Source of the DNA: Promethearchaeota archaeon
GTDB lineage: Archaea; Asgardarchaeota; Lokiarchaeia; Sigyniarchaeales; SOKP01
Direction of reading: 5' to 3'
Length of the DNA stretch: 64,000 nt
Assembly (NCBI GenBank): GCA_029838195.1
Contig: JALGVJ010000003.1
Location: 1-64,000, forward strand
In this document: positions 29,384-39,338 of the stretch, piece after piece
How the letters are laid out: every line of letters starts with the position of its first letter
How positions within the stretch are numbered: the stretch's first letter is position 1
Program-made: the position numbers and the translations under genes
The notes under the pieces: generated by a model
The model's database searches: none
Told to the model about the DNA's origin: nothing
Seen by the model: the letters and a program-made list of their open reading frames with translations, nothing else

Positions 29384-31002
29384 TGATAATGATAAGAGAG
29401 AATTTTATTGGATATATTATCGGGGAGGCTTCTACTATGGAGTTTGAATTTGTCACGGATGAAAAGTTAGCTCCCCTAAAATGGGATTATTTAATGGTGG
29501 AATCTTTTGAAAGAAGGGAGGGAAAAGAATTTAAAGTGGAAATATTAGCACAAGTATCTGAAATCTTTGCTTTTAGCAAAAATATCACTATAGATACTCT
29601 TCCTTCTATGGTAAAGAAACAAATTGAACAAAATATTGTCAATCCCAAAATATATGGAAGAGCAAAGGTCTTGGGTTATATTGATAAGAATACTAAGAAC
29701 AAATTGATAAGAATTCCACGAAGAAATAGACTCCCCGGTGAAATGGTTTTTAGAGCACCTAATTCTTTATTAAGTGAATTCTTTAGTAAAAGAGAAGATG
29801 AAGGGCTTGAGATAGGAACCCTTTTAACAAATAGTCAAGTAAAGTTATTATTAGACCCGAATGGTCTCAATAGACATCTTGCCATTATAGCTCAAACTGG
29901 TGCAGGTAAATCATATACAACTGGAGTAATCATAGAGGAACTCTTTAAATTAGGGGGATCTATATTAATATTGGATCCTCACTCTGATTACGTTTTTCTA
30001 AGTCAAAAAGCAAAAGATTATTCTTTAGTGGAGAGGAGTGAATATATAAGAGTTTTTCGTAATCCCAATAGTACGGGAAGATATTCAAGTTCCTCTATAA
30101 TTAATCTACATCATTATGAAATAAATTTTGCAAACTTAGATGAGGAGGATATTGCGGAGATCTGTTTCATACCTGGGAATGCAGTCAGAATTAAGGAGAC
30201 AATAAGGTCTGCGATCGAAAAGATTGACGAAGACAATTATTCTCCTGAAAAATTGATCGAGCAATTAGAGGATATGGAAAAAAAAGCCCCCAATAGCAAG
30301 GAGCGCAGTATTATACGGAGTACAATTATAAGAGTAAGGCAGCTACTAAGATATAAGGTATTTGGAAATAATGATGTTCCTATAGAGGATATTATAAAAC
30401 CTTGGACGATCTCAGTGTTAGATCTTTCTGGATTAACAGATAAATCAATGAATTATATCGCAGCCCATATCTTACAAGAGACATATTCATATATCCTAAA
30501 TAAGGTGGATTTTCCCATATTCATCATTATTGAGGAAGCTCATAGATTTATCCCTCCTATCTCCAAAAAACAAACTTTTTGTAGTCGAATAATTAATACC
30601 ATAGCCGCGGAAGGAAGAAAATTTGGTTTATTTTTGATATTGATAACCCAAAGACCTTCCAAATTAGATCCTAACAGTCTTTCTCAATGCAATAGTCAAA
30701 TCATCATGAAAATTACTAATCCTGAAGATCAACAAGCAATTTTAAAATCGAGTGAGCGAGCTACTGAAGAATTATTGAATAATCTTCCGGCACTTTCGCC
30801 AGGTGAGGCCATCATTACTGGGGAAATCGTAAAAGTCCCAGTCATGGTTTCTATTAGAGAAAGAATTACTCGAGAAGGTGGAGCGGATATTAATATATTA
30901 GAAAAACTAAGACAAGCCAGAGAAGGATATGAAATAGAAAAAGAATCTGAGGAAGAAGAAAAATCAAGAATTAATCCTCGTAAAAATCCTTTCATGAGAT
31001 GA
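29380..31002 (+). CDS. herA: HerA bipolar DNA helicase/translocase
   Basis: HAS barrel N-terminus, RHLAIIAQTGAGKS, LDPH.DY, IEEAH.F, EGRKFG, TQRPS, SQC. Confidence 0.92.
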   Translation: MMIMIRENFIGYIIGEASTMEFEFVTDEKLAPLKWDYLMVESFERREGKEFKVEILAQVSEIFAFSKNITIDTLPSMVKKQIEQNIVNPKIYGRAKVLGYIDKNTKNKLIRIPRRNRLPGEMVFRAPNSLLSEFFSKREDEGLEIGTLLTNSQVKLLLDPNGLNRHLAIIAQTGAGKSYTTGVIIEELFKLGGSILILDPHSDYVFLSQKAKDYSLVERSEYIRVFRNPNSTGRYSSSSIINLHHYEINFANLDEEDIAEICFIPGNAVRIKETIRSAIEKIDEDNYSPEKLIEQLEDMEKKAPNSKERSIIRSTIIRVRQLLRYKVFGNNDVPIEDIIKPWTISVLDLSGLTDKSMNYIAAHILQETYSYILNKVDFPIFIIIEEAHRFIPPISKKQTFCSRIINTIAAEGRKFGLFLILITQRPSKLDPNSLSQCNSQIIMKITNPEDQQAILKSSERATEELLNNLPALSPGEAIITGEIVKVPVMVSIRERITREGGADINILEKLRQAREGYEIEKESEEEEKSRINPRKNPFMR

Positions 31003-32201
31003 GTTTTAAAATGGTTCAAATTTTACACACGGCTGACTTTCATTTAGATCCCAAAATGACTAACTTTCTTCACAGAGATCAAGAACGCAGAGATGATTTT
31101 CAGAAAAATTTTGATGAGATAATCAATTTTTCCCTAAAAGAAAGACCAGATATATTATTAATTTCGGGAGATCTTTTTGATAGCATTAATCCCAGAAATC
31201 CCGTTAGAAATCACGTGATTTCGCAGTTTAAAAGAATCCATTCAAAAAACATTAAAGCGTTTGTTATAGGCGGCAATCATGATATGCCTAGATCTATAGA
31301 AAATGCTCTCAGTCCAATTTCGATATTAAACACGATTGAATACATAGATTTCATCCAACCAGAAGGTCAATTCATCAGTAAAAGGGAGCTAAATATAAAT
31401 AATCTAAAAATAAATATCTTTGGTGAATCTTATGATGTTTTGAATACCAGAATGAGAGATCCATTGGATGAATTGAGTTTTGGAAATCTCGATGCGGATC
31501 TTAACATATTTATGGTTCATGGGAGTATAGGCTTATTTAGATATCGATATCCGGGAGATTATATCATTAAAGAAATTAATATTCCTGAAAAAATAGATTA
31601 TGTTGCAGCAGGTCATCTCCACGACCATATTGAAAAGGAAAGATACAATCCAAATTTAGGATCGAGCACTCTTATGGTTTATCCTGGTAGCATCGAGTTT
31701 TTATCTTTTAATGAAAATTTAAAAAAAGTGAAAGGATTTATGTTTTTAGAATATGATAAAGAAGGTCTAATTAATAAGGAGTTCATTAAATTGGAAACAC
31801 GTCCTATAGAGCAAATACCAATTTCGATTAATACCAATCAAGAAAATATTTATCAAACAATAATTCAAGAGATTGAGAATTTTTTAAATGATCGAAAAAT
31901 TCTAAAAGTCATCCTCGAAGGAAAGATTAAAGTTGACCAGATCGCATCAATTAAATCTTCAAAATTAATTAATTATGGAGATGAAAATTGCTTTAAATTC
32001 TTCTTAGATTCCTATTCAAAACTTGATTTTGAAACCACTGAATTAATTTTACCTGATAAAGAGAGAGCAAGCCCTATAGAAATTTTTTCACAATTTGTAG
32101 ATTCGTTAATCGCTAGGGAAGAAAATGAGAATTTTAAAAAAATTCTAATTGATGCCAAAAAAATAAGCTTAGAAAAGCTTGAAAAATTTGGGGTGAAATA
32201 A
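30999..32201 (+). CDS. mre11: Mre11/SbcD nuclease
   Basis: HTADFH, GDLFD, GNHD, HG, GHLH, YPGS.E. Confidence 0.92.
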   Translation: MSFKMVQILHTADFHLDPKMTNFLHRDQERRDDFQKNFDEIINFSLKERPDILLISGDLFDSINPRNPVRNHVISQFKRIHSKNIKAFVIGGNHDMPRSIENALSPISILNTIEYIDFIQPEGQFISKRELNINNLKINIFGESYDVLNTRMRDPLDELSFGNLDADLNIFMVHGSIGLFRYRYPGDYIIKEINIPEKIDYVAAGHLHDHIEKERYNPNLGSSTLMVYPGSIEFLSFNENLKKVKGFMFLEYDKEGLINKEFIKLETRPIEQIPISINTNQENIYQTIIQEIENFLNDRKILKVILEGKIKVDQIASIKSSKLINYGDENCFKFFLDSYSKLDFETTELILPDKERASPIEIFSQFVDSLIAREENENFKKILIDAKKISLEKLEKFGVK

Positions 32202-35200
32202 AAATAGAATTAAAATCTTTAAAATTAAGAAATTTCATGGTAATTAAAAAGGCTACTATTAATTTCATTCATGGGATAATGGCGATCATAGGGCCAAATG
32301 AAGCAGGAAAATCCACTATTATAGAGGGCGTCTTATTCAGCTTATTCGGCAAACGAGCATTTAGAGATTATGAACATTTAATCCATTTTGAATCAAATCA
32401 TGCTAAAATTTCCCTAATCTTTTCCGTTAGGGATAATATTTATCGAGTAAATCGAGAATTAAGAAAGAGCAAATCAGGTTCAACAAGTCAAATAAATGCT
32501 GTACTTTCAGAGTTAACCAATGGAGAAGAGCATTTTATTATAGCTAAAGGGGTATCAAACGTTGATTCTCAAATTGAACGAATCATTGGATTTTCTTATA
32601 ATGAACTCACGGCTTCAAATATTATCGCTCAGAAGAAATTAAACAAGATAAGTAAAATGACACCTCAAGAATGGAAGGAATTATTTAATGAATTTCTAAA
32701 CCTAAAAGGATTCGGAGATAGTATTTCAGAATTAAAAGAAGAGAAAAAAGAAAAACAAAATCAATTAAATAATGATGAGATTAGATTAGATGAATTGAAA
32801 AATAAAAAGGATGATTATTGGTCTCGATTCAAGGAATTAATTAGATTATCTAAAAATCATTATCGTAAAGCTAGAACTCACAGAAAACTCTCTAAAGAAG
32901 TAGAAATTTTATCAAAATATTTGAAAATTGTAAAAGATTACATAGAAAAAAGAGATCTAAAAATGAGACTTCAAGATGAGATGGCCTCTAAAGAGAAATT
33001 TTTAAACCAGTATAATGAACGTTTAGCTGAGATCGAGGCCTTAGAAGAAGAAACAGCACAATTAAAACATCAATTGGAAATTTATAAGGGATTAAATGAT
33101 GATGAAAAAAATTTTCTTAATATCAAAAACCATTTTGAGAATTATCAAAAAACACTAAAAAGAATAGAAGAATTAAAAGAAAAATTAAGATATATTATAG
33201 AATTAGAGGGAAAACTAGAAAATAAGAAAGAAAAATTTATAGAATACAAAGATATGCCTAATCAATTGAAACATTTCAGGGATTTAGAATCCTCATACAA
33301 ATTTTTAGAAGTTAATGTAAAGGAGAGAAATTCGCTTGAAGAAGAATTGAATAAGGTTATTACAGCCGAGAAAGAAGTAGCGAATTTAAAAAAAGATTTA
33401 TTGAAGGTAGAAGAAGATCTCAGTTATAAAAATGATTATATAGAAGCTGAAAATAAATTTCGTGAATTTAAAGCCAAATATGATCAAATAAAATATGAAA
33501 GAGATAAAAAAGAAGAATTAAAATTTGAGATTACCAAAATTAAGAAAACTTGTCCGAAAGAAACTCCCGAAGAGCTTGGAAATTTAAAAGAATATAAGGA
33601 TAGTTTGGAAAATCTTGTTAAAAAAGGTTTATTAAATTATATCACCCACTCATTTAAGTGGAATCTCCCCATTCTGATTGGATTTATAATAATTAGCTTA
33701 ATACCTATTTTTTTTGGTCGAATATTATATTCATTCATAGGAATAGGAGCATTTGCCCTATTTTTTATCTATTTATATTATAAATACCTTTCGCTTCAAG
33801 CATTAGTTAAAAAATTGGAAAATTTGATTTTTTCATTAAAAAAACTACAAAAAATAAAAGAAGAATTAAAATCAGTTGAGAAAAGCCTGGAAAAAAAATA
33901 TATTTCAATAGCTGAAATAATTAAAAGTTTATCAGAATATTATAGTAGTTCTTTTCAAGCGACGGAGGGCCTAAAAGAACAAGTATATTCATTAAATCTC
34001 TATTTTCAAGAAATTAATAAGAAATTGAATAGTTCAGAAGCTCGAATGGAAAATTTAAATAAAAAAATCAAGGAATTAAAAAAGCTCATAAAAAAGAAAC
34101 CAAAATTAGAGTATGATTTAGAAAACTCAATCAAGAATATTCATGAGGATAAAAAGCAATTGGATGCCATTTTTTCTGATGGTTTAGAAGAAAAGTATAT
34201 CAAAGAAAGGATTGACAAAATCTACTATGATGATTACATTGATTTTTCTATAGTAAAGCAACAGTTAAAGCAGATAGAAAATATTATTCTTAAAGATTTT
34301 GATCAATATAATATTTTAAAGAGAGAGATTGAAGATTTAAAAACTAAAACTAAAGATAAATCAACAGTGATTGAGAATTTAAAAAAAAAACAAAAAGAAA
34401 AACAAACTATATTTAATACTTTAGTTGAATTAATTGAAAGAATTAACCAAAAATATATAAATTCCATTACAAGTGAATTAACTATACATGAACAAGTAGA
34501 AAAAGTAATTCCTTTTGAAAATTCCATTAAAAAGCTTAATTCTTTTATCCAAGAAGATAAAAACGCACGTGACAAATTAGAAGCCCAAATAAATACAAAT
34601 AGCGCTCAGATCAATAAAAAACCGGAAGTAATTAAAAACATTAACAATATTAAAGGAGAGATACAAGAGATAATTTCCAATATAAAATCTATAGTTTTTC
34701 CAATAATCCCTGAAGAGATTTCAAATATCTTTGATAAAAATAAACCTAAAGATTGTCAGAATACCTTGGAAAATGAAATTATTGACTTAGATGAAAAAAG
34801 AAATCAAATTTATGGTGAAATGAAATCTATAAATACATCTAGAACAAAGATTCGTAATTATCTGAAAGATAATGAGCAAATTATTCATGATTTTTTTAAA
34901 ATGAAAAAAAAAGTTGAGAATTTAGAAAGAGAAATAAAAATATATAGTAAATCCATAGATTTGCTTGAACAAGTTAATAGAAAGATTTGGGATCTCCAAA
35001 TGCCCTATATCTATAGTTATATCAAGGAATTTTTACCTAAAATCACAATGGGGAGATATAGAAATATGATCATAACGCAGCCCGAATCACGTAGGAAGAA
35101 AAAATATGAATTTAAAGTATTTGAGGAAACTATAGAAACATATATAGATAAAAAATATTTATCAGGGGGTACTGATGATCAAATTTTACTAGTTATACGT

Positions 35201-35464
35201 GTTGCTGTTGCCATGTCTTTATTACCGCAATCTAAAGGACATTATCCTAAATTCATCTTTATTGACGAAGCATTCGCTTCAAGCGATGCTCAAAGAAGGA
35301 TGGAAATCTTAAATTGGTTAAAAAAAGATCTCTCCTCCATTTTTACACAGATCATTATCATCTCGCATCAAAAAGAAATTATTGAAGAAATACCCTATTA
35401 TTATAAACTCAATAGAGGAGATTTAATTGATAAATTTTTACCTGATCGAGAAATCATAAATTAA
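32198..35464 (+). CDS. rad50: Rad50/SbcC-like SMC ATPase with central transmembrane hairpin
   Basis: Walker A GPNEAGKS, Q-loop IAQ, long coiled coils, LSGG, FIDEAF, ISH; hydrophobic hairpin at ~33659-33790. The start is extended from ATG 32237 to ATA 32198 to include IKIELKSLKLRNF. Confidence 0.85.
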   Translation: MKIELKSLKLRNFMVIKKATINFIHGIMAIIGPNEAGKSTIIEGVLFSLFGKRAFRDYEHLIHFESNHAKISLIFSVRDNIYRVNRELRKSKSGSTSQINAVLSELTNGEEHFIIAKGVSNVDSQIERIIGFSYNELTASNIIAQKKLNKISKMTPQEWKELFNEFLNLKGFGDSISELKEEKKEKQNQLNNDEIRLDELKNKKDDYWSRFKELIRLSKNHYRKARTHRKLSKEVEILSKYLKIVKDYIEKRDLKMRLQDEMASKEKFLNQYNERLAEIEALEEETAQLKHQLEIYKGLNDDEKNFLNIKNHFENYQKTLKRIEELKEKLRYIIELEGKLENKKEKFIEYKDMPNQLKHFRDLESSYKFLEVNVKERNSLEEELNKVITAEKEVANLKKDLLKVEEDLSYKNDYIEAENKFREFKAKYDQIKYERDKKEELKFEITKIKKTCPKETPEELGNLKEYKDSLENLVKKGLLNYITHSFKWNLPILIGFIIISLIPIFFGRILYSFIGIGAFALFFIYLYYKYLSLQALVKKLENLIFSLKKLQKIKEELKSVEKSLEKKYISIAEIIKSLSEYYSSSFQATEGLKEQVYSLNLYFQEINKKLNSSEARMENLNKKIKELKKLIKKKPKLEYDLENSIKNIHEDKKQLDAIFSDGLEEKYIKERIDKIYYDDYIDFSIVKQQLKQIENIILKDFDQYNILKREIEDLKTKTKDKSTVIENLKKKQKEKQTIFNTLVELIERINQKYINSITSELTIHEQVEKVIPFENSIKKLNSFIQEDKNARDKLEAQINTNSAQINKKPEVIKNINNIKGEIQEIISNIKSIVFPIIPEEISNIFDKNKPKDCQNTLENEIIDLDEKRNQIYGEMKSINTSRTKIRNYLKDNEQIIHDFFKMKKKVENLEREIKIYSKSIDLLEQVNRKIWDLQMPYIYSYIKEFLPKITMGRYRNMIITQPESRRKKKYEFKVFEETIETYIDKKYLSGGTDDQILLVIRVAVAMSLLPQSKGHYPKFIFIDEAFASSDAQRRMEILNWLKKDLSSIFTQIIIISHQKEIIEEIPYYYKLNRGDLIDKFLPDREIIN

Positions 35465-35697
35465 AAAAAAAAGGAAGAAGTTTAATTAAACGTGACAATG
35501 CGACAACAAATGTTTTTCCCTTGAAAATATTTATTAATTTCATTCTAATATAAATAAAAGAAAAATAGATCTTTGAAATTCACTTTTTTAATAAATTTGA
35601 ATTTAAATTTATTAATTAAAGATTACAGAATAAAGTAATTAATAACATCATTTCAGCAAATAAAATGTATCAATAACTTTAAGAAATAAAATTTTCA

Positions 35698-36102
35698 TTA
35701 TTTTATATCTTTAATATGAGTAAAAAAGATAATTTTCTCTTTTAAAGGTGTCTCTTGAAGCAATCTTTTGTAAAGTGAATGGAATCGACCGGGATTGTAA
35801 TAAAACCATATCTCATCATATTGTTGAAGTTTTTTAGTGAAATTTTCCAAAAGATAATGGTACTCTTTTTCAGTTACTTTATTAGGATGTTTATCATAAT
35901 AACAATATTTTTCTTCTGGAAACCATACACCATATAAATCAGAAAAAATTGCCCATTTAACTCTTTTTTCTTTGCATTTTCTAATAAATCGTTGTATTGG
36001 GGTCGCTAAATATAAAATATCTGGTGTTACTTCTATATTAGTGTTTTTTAATTTTTCATTCTTTTTAGCTGAACAATGAGTTATATATATTCTCATCTTC
36101 AA
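35698..36102 (-). CDS. Hypothetical protein, DUF6884-like
   Basis: YITHCSAKK...LY....W.IFSDLYG......Y..YD pattern. Confidence 0.5.
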   Translation of the reverse strand: MKMRIYITHCSAKKNEKLKNTNIEVTPDILYLATPIQRFIRKCKEKRVKWAIFSDLYGVWFPEEKYCYYDKHPNKVTEKEYHYLLENFTKKLQQYDEIWFYYNPGRFHSLYKRLLQETPLKEKIIFFTHIKDIK

Positions 36103-36316
36103 ATTTATTGTATATTCTTTTATTATTTCCTAAAAAATATAACATTATTGTAATTAATTATAAAAAAATCTATATCTTTCCCCCAAAGGTTTATAAAAGT
36201 ATTTTTAATTTTATAATTACTACTTATGAGATACATTTAACATTTAAATAAGCTCTTAAAAACCTTATGGTATTAAAATTGTGATTATTTATTTCTTCTC
36301 TATTTAAAACGGTTAA

Positions 36317-36721
36317 TTATTTTATCATTTCATTTATTTTTTTTTCAATATGAACCGAAATAGTCCCTTTAGATGCTATTTCGATTAATGCCTCCCTAAT
36401 TACCCCATATTCTTCTTTAGAAAGGTTTCTTAAAAGAACATTTCCATATTTTGAATATAAAGAGCCGATTAATCCATTATAACCTTCATTATCGCAAATT
36501 ATTTTTGGAATTAAGCATTCACGACAATAAATTTTGCTCTTATTTTTTAATATTTCAATACAAAATGGGCAAGGGGACAATAAGCTTTTAAGATTTTTAG
36601 ATTGGTCTTGTATCCATTTGTCATCTAAGCTCTTTTTCGCTAATTTTTTTAATTTATTATCACTTGAAAAAATATTATTATTTTTCTCATTTATATTATT
36701 TTTCTTTTTAGATATATCCAT
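36317..36721 (-). CDS. Hypothetical Cys-rich protein (putative metal-binding)
   Basis: CPFC...CREC.....C. Confidence 0.6.
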   Translation of the reverse strand: MDISKKKNNINEKNNNIFSSDNKLKKLAKKSLDDKWIQDQSKNLKSLLSPCPFCIEILKNKSKIYCRECLIPKIICDNEGYNGLIGSLYSKYGNVLLRNLSKEEYGVIREALIEIASKGTISVHIEKKINEMIK

Positions 36722-36891
36722 GATTTTGAGTTTTTTTAATTTTTTAGATCAATAATATTGAAAATATTTAAACAAAAATTCTTCAAAATTGAATTATTTA
36801 AAATCCATTCATTATAAACGGGGATTTTTATTTCTTTAAATAGAACAAACCTTTTTTTTAACTTCCACAAAAATTATTATTAGAAATTATA

Positions 36892-37572
36892 ATGTCAATT
36901 GACGAGTTAATTAGGAAGAAAGGAAATTATGAAATATTAAAACAGCTCAAAATTAAAGGTCAAAATTATAATTCAATAAAACAAAAATTAAAAGAAAATA
37001 TTTCGGCAAGAACTTTGGATTATCGTCTACGAAAACTAATGGAATTAGGATTTTTAGAATCTACTAATATAATACTTGACGGTTCAGCAAAAACTAAAAC
37101 TAAAAAAAAGTATTTTTTAACTTATAAAGGTCTCTTTTTATTAACATGTTTTGAGACCTTGGAATATGTTATAATAAATAATTCTATTTTGCCACAAGAT
37201 TATTTGAAAAAGTTTAAATCAATTTTATTGAAAAATATAAATTTAAATTTCAAAAGAGTTTGGAAGCAATTAAAAATTCAAATATCTAAAAATAACACAA
37301 TTTATACCTTAAAAAAGAAAAAACCAAACAAAATTGTTAAATTTAATGATAATGGGATCATCGTAGAAACTGAGAAAGGAAAAGATTTCATCTCTTATTC
37401 TAAATTGGAAGAAGCATGGGCTAAATTTGTTAAAAACGGATATTTATTTCACAATAATTATATAGAAACATCTTATCGTAGTTCTTTCATGATGGCTCTT
37501 TTTTCACTATTACCTTATGTTAAAGTTAATGAAGGGCCTCCACTCCAAATAAAATTAGAGATTGGATGTTAA
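36892..37572 (+). CDS. HxlR-like wHTH protein with an uncharacterised C-terminal domain
   Basis: YNSIKQKL..NISARTLDYRLRKL..LGF...YFLT.KG; C-terminal domain ending RSSFMMALF.LLP. Confidence 0.7.
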   Translation: MSIDELIRKKGNYEILKQLKIKGQNYNSIKQKLKENISARTLDYRLRKLMELGFLESTNIILDGSAKTKTKKKYFLTYKGLFLLTCFETLEYVIINNSILPQDYLKKFKSILLKNINLNFKRVWKQLKIQISKNNTIYTLKKKKPNKIVKFNDNGIIVETEKGKDFISYSKLEEAWAKFVKNGYLFHNNYIETSYRSSFMMALFSLLPYVKVNEGPPLQIKLEIGC

Positions 37573-37602
37573 ATCTCTTAATTTTTTCTACATTTTCTTA
37601 AA

Positions 37603-38982
37603 TTAACGCCCTTGTTTGTTGATTAGTATATTTGGAAAGAGCATTCTTGCTAAAGAAATAAGAAGTGTTTCTAATTCTGGTGTAAAGAGTCCAATTTGAT
37701 TAGAAAAGTTTATATTAAATGGAAACCACGGTTTTATCTGAAAATATATGGGAATTTTAAGTTGGGGAATGCCTTCTTTCCTTTTATCATCATCAAACAT
37801 TATTTTTATCCAAGATTCATAATCTGTACTTTGATAAGGATTTTCAACATTAAAAAAACAAGAGCTTAATCCACCAATATGTCTTGCCTTATCATGACCC
37901 CATCTTGCAAAATATTGACGATTTTTTCCTGCTGATACCCCCTTTAAATTAGCTGAAAAATTTCCATTTCTCCCAAGAGTTTCTGTTTTACCTATATAGA
38001 GGGGAATAAATTTAGAGGGAAGAGATTCTTGGGAAAAATCAGGTAGAGTTTTAATATCAGAACGAAGAACATAAACCATATAAATTAATCCATCAGTAAA
38101 AAAGGGAACTTGTTCCTCATAATCACCAAATGCATTGTTATTATCTATTTGACTATAATAATTATAAGATTCTTCTATTATCATCGCTGCTTTAATTACC
38201 TGGTCAATCATAAAAGGGTGCCTTTTTAATATTTTTAATCCATTTATATCTTCAAATTTTACTCTATAGGATTTTTCATCATAATCAAAAAGAGGAATTA
38301 AATTTATTTTATTAGATAAAGGTGGAAAAGGTATATTTTCTTCTTTTAAGAACCACGTATTAAACCATTCGTTCCATAAAGAAATTGAATCATTTCCTAA
38401 GATTTCAATTAAATACTCTTTTTTTGAAAGCGTTTTTAACTTAAAATTTAAGAGGTTTGAAAAAAATTTTGAATTCTGCCATTTTTGTCTACTAATAAAA
38501 TTATGATTTATTAATGCCCTTGGAAATCTTAATGCAAAATAGGATATTAAGATCGCTTCAGCATTCGAAAGATTAGAATGAAGTTCAAAAGGAAGAATAT
38601 TTTTAATTATCCGTTCTTTATTCCAAAAAAATAAAACAAGAAAAAGTGGAAGTTTTTTATCTTTTTTGAAAAAATGAGCATGCATTCGTATATAGAAGTT
38701 ATCTTCTAATAGAGACAATCCTTTGAAATGTTGTTTTAAGCGATTTATATTTTTAGTTGTTGATTTTCCGATATATATACTTTTTACTAAGGAACCGTCA
38801 TATTTAATGAAAATATAAAGAAATTTTTTCCCGGAAATCTCACTTTTTAAAGATTCAAATACATTATTCCATGATTCTGGTTCAAATTTTATAGTTTCTT
38901 CTTGTAATAATACAATTTTATCAGGAAATAATAAGAAATATTTAAATATTTCTTCTATTTTTTGAAATTGGTGATTATCCAC
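37603..38982 (-). CDS. Protein with two GIY-YIG-like nuclease domains
   Basis: Domain 1: FLYIF...IYIGKS....RLKQH...AEAILI...LIN. Domain 2: GLIYMV...PLYIGKTE...FARW...LETLLI...LINKQGR. Confidence 0.7.
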   Translation of the reverse strand: MDNHQFQKIEEIFKYFLLFPDKIVLLQEETIKFEPESWNNVFESLKSEISGKKFLYIFIKYDGSLVKSIYIGKSTTKNINRLKQHFKGLSLLEDNFYIRMHAHFFKKDKKLPLFLVLFFWNKERIIKNILPFELHSNLSNAEAILISYFALRFPRALINHNFISRQKWQNSKFFSNLLNFKLKTLSKKEYLIEILGNDSISLWNEWFNTWFLKEENIPFPPLSNKINLIPLFDYDEKSYRVKFEDINGLKILKRHPFMIDQVIKAAMIIEESYNYYSQIDNNNAFGDYEEQVPFFTDGLIYMVYVLRSDIKTLPDFSQESLPSKFIPLYIGKTETLGRNGNFSANLKGVSAGKNRQYFARWGHDKARHIGGLSSCFFNVENPYQSTDYESWIKIMFDDDKRKEGIPQLKIPIYFQIKPWFPFNINFSNQIGLFTPELETLLISLARMLFPNILINKQGR

Positions 38983-39338
38983 ATTTTTTAAAATTAAAAT
39001 TTCTTTTAATAATAAAAAGCGAAAAAAAATGCGCTAATCAAATTAAAAGTTAGGAGAGCATATTCTGTGAAGATAATCAGAATATATTATTATCAAATAT
39101 GGTAAAAAAATAGTTTAAATTTAAAAAATATCATTTGAATGAGATTATGAATAAGAAATTTAAAAAATTAACTAAAGAAATACGCGCTTTTTAAAATTCT
39201 TCTATTATATATATTTTTCTATTCGAAGAGGGAGAAATAATTAATTGCTAAATAAATATAGAATACAGATATTCACTTTTATATTCAATTAATCTTATAT
39301 TAATATAATTTATTTGATTTTATTAAGATGATTAAAGA

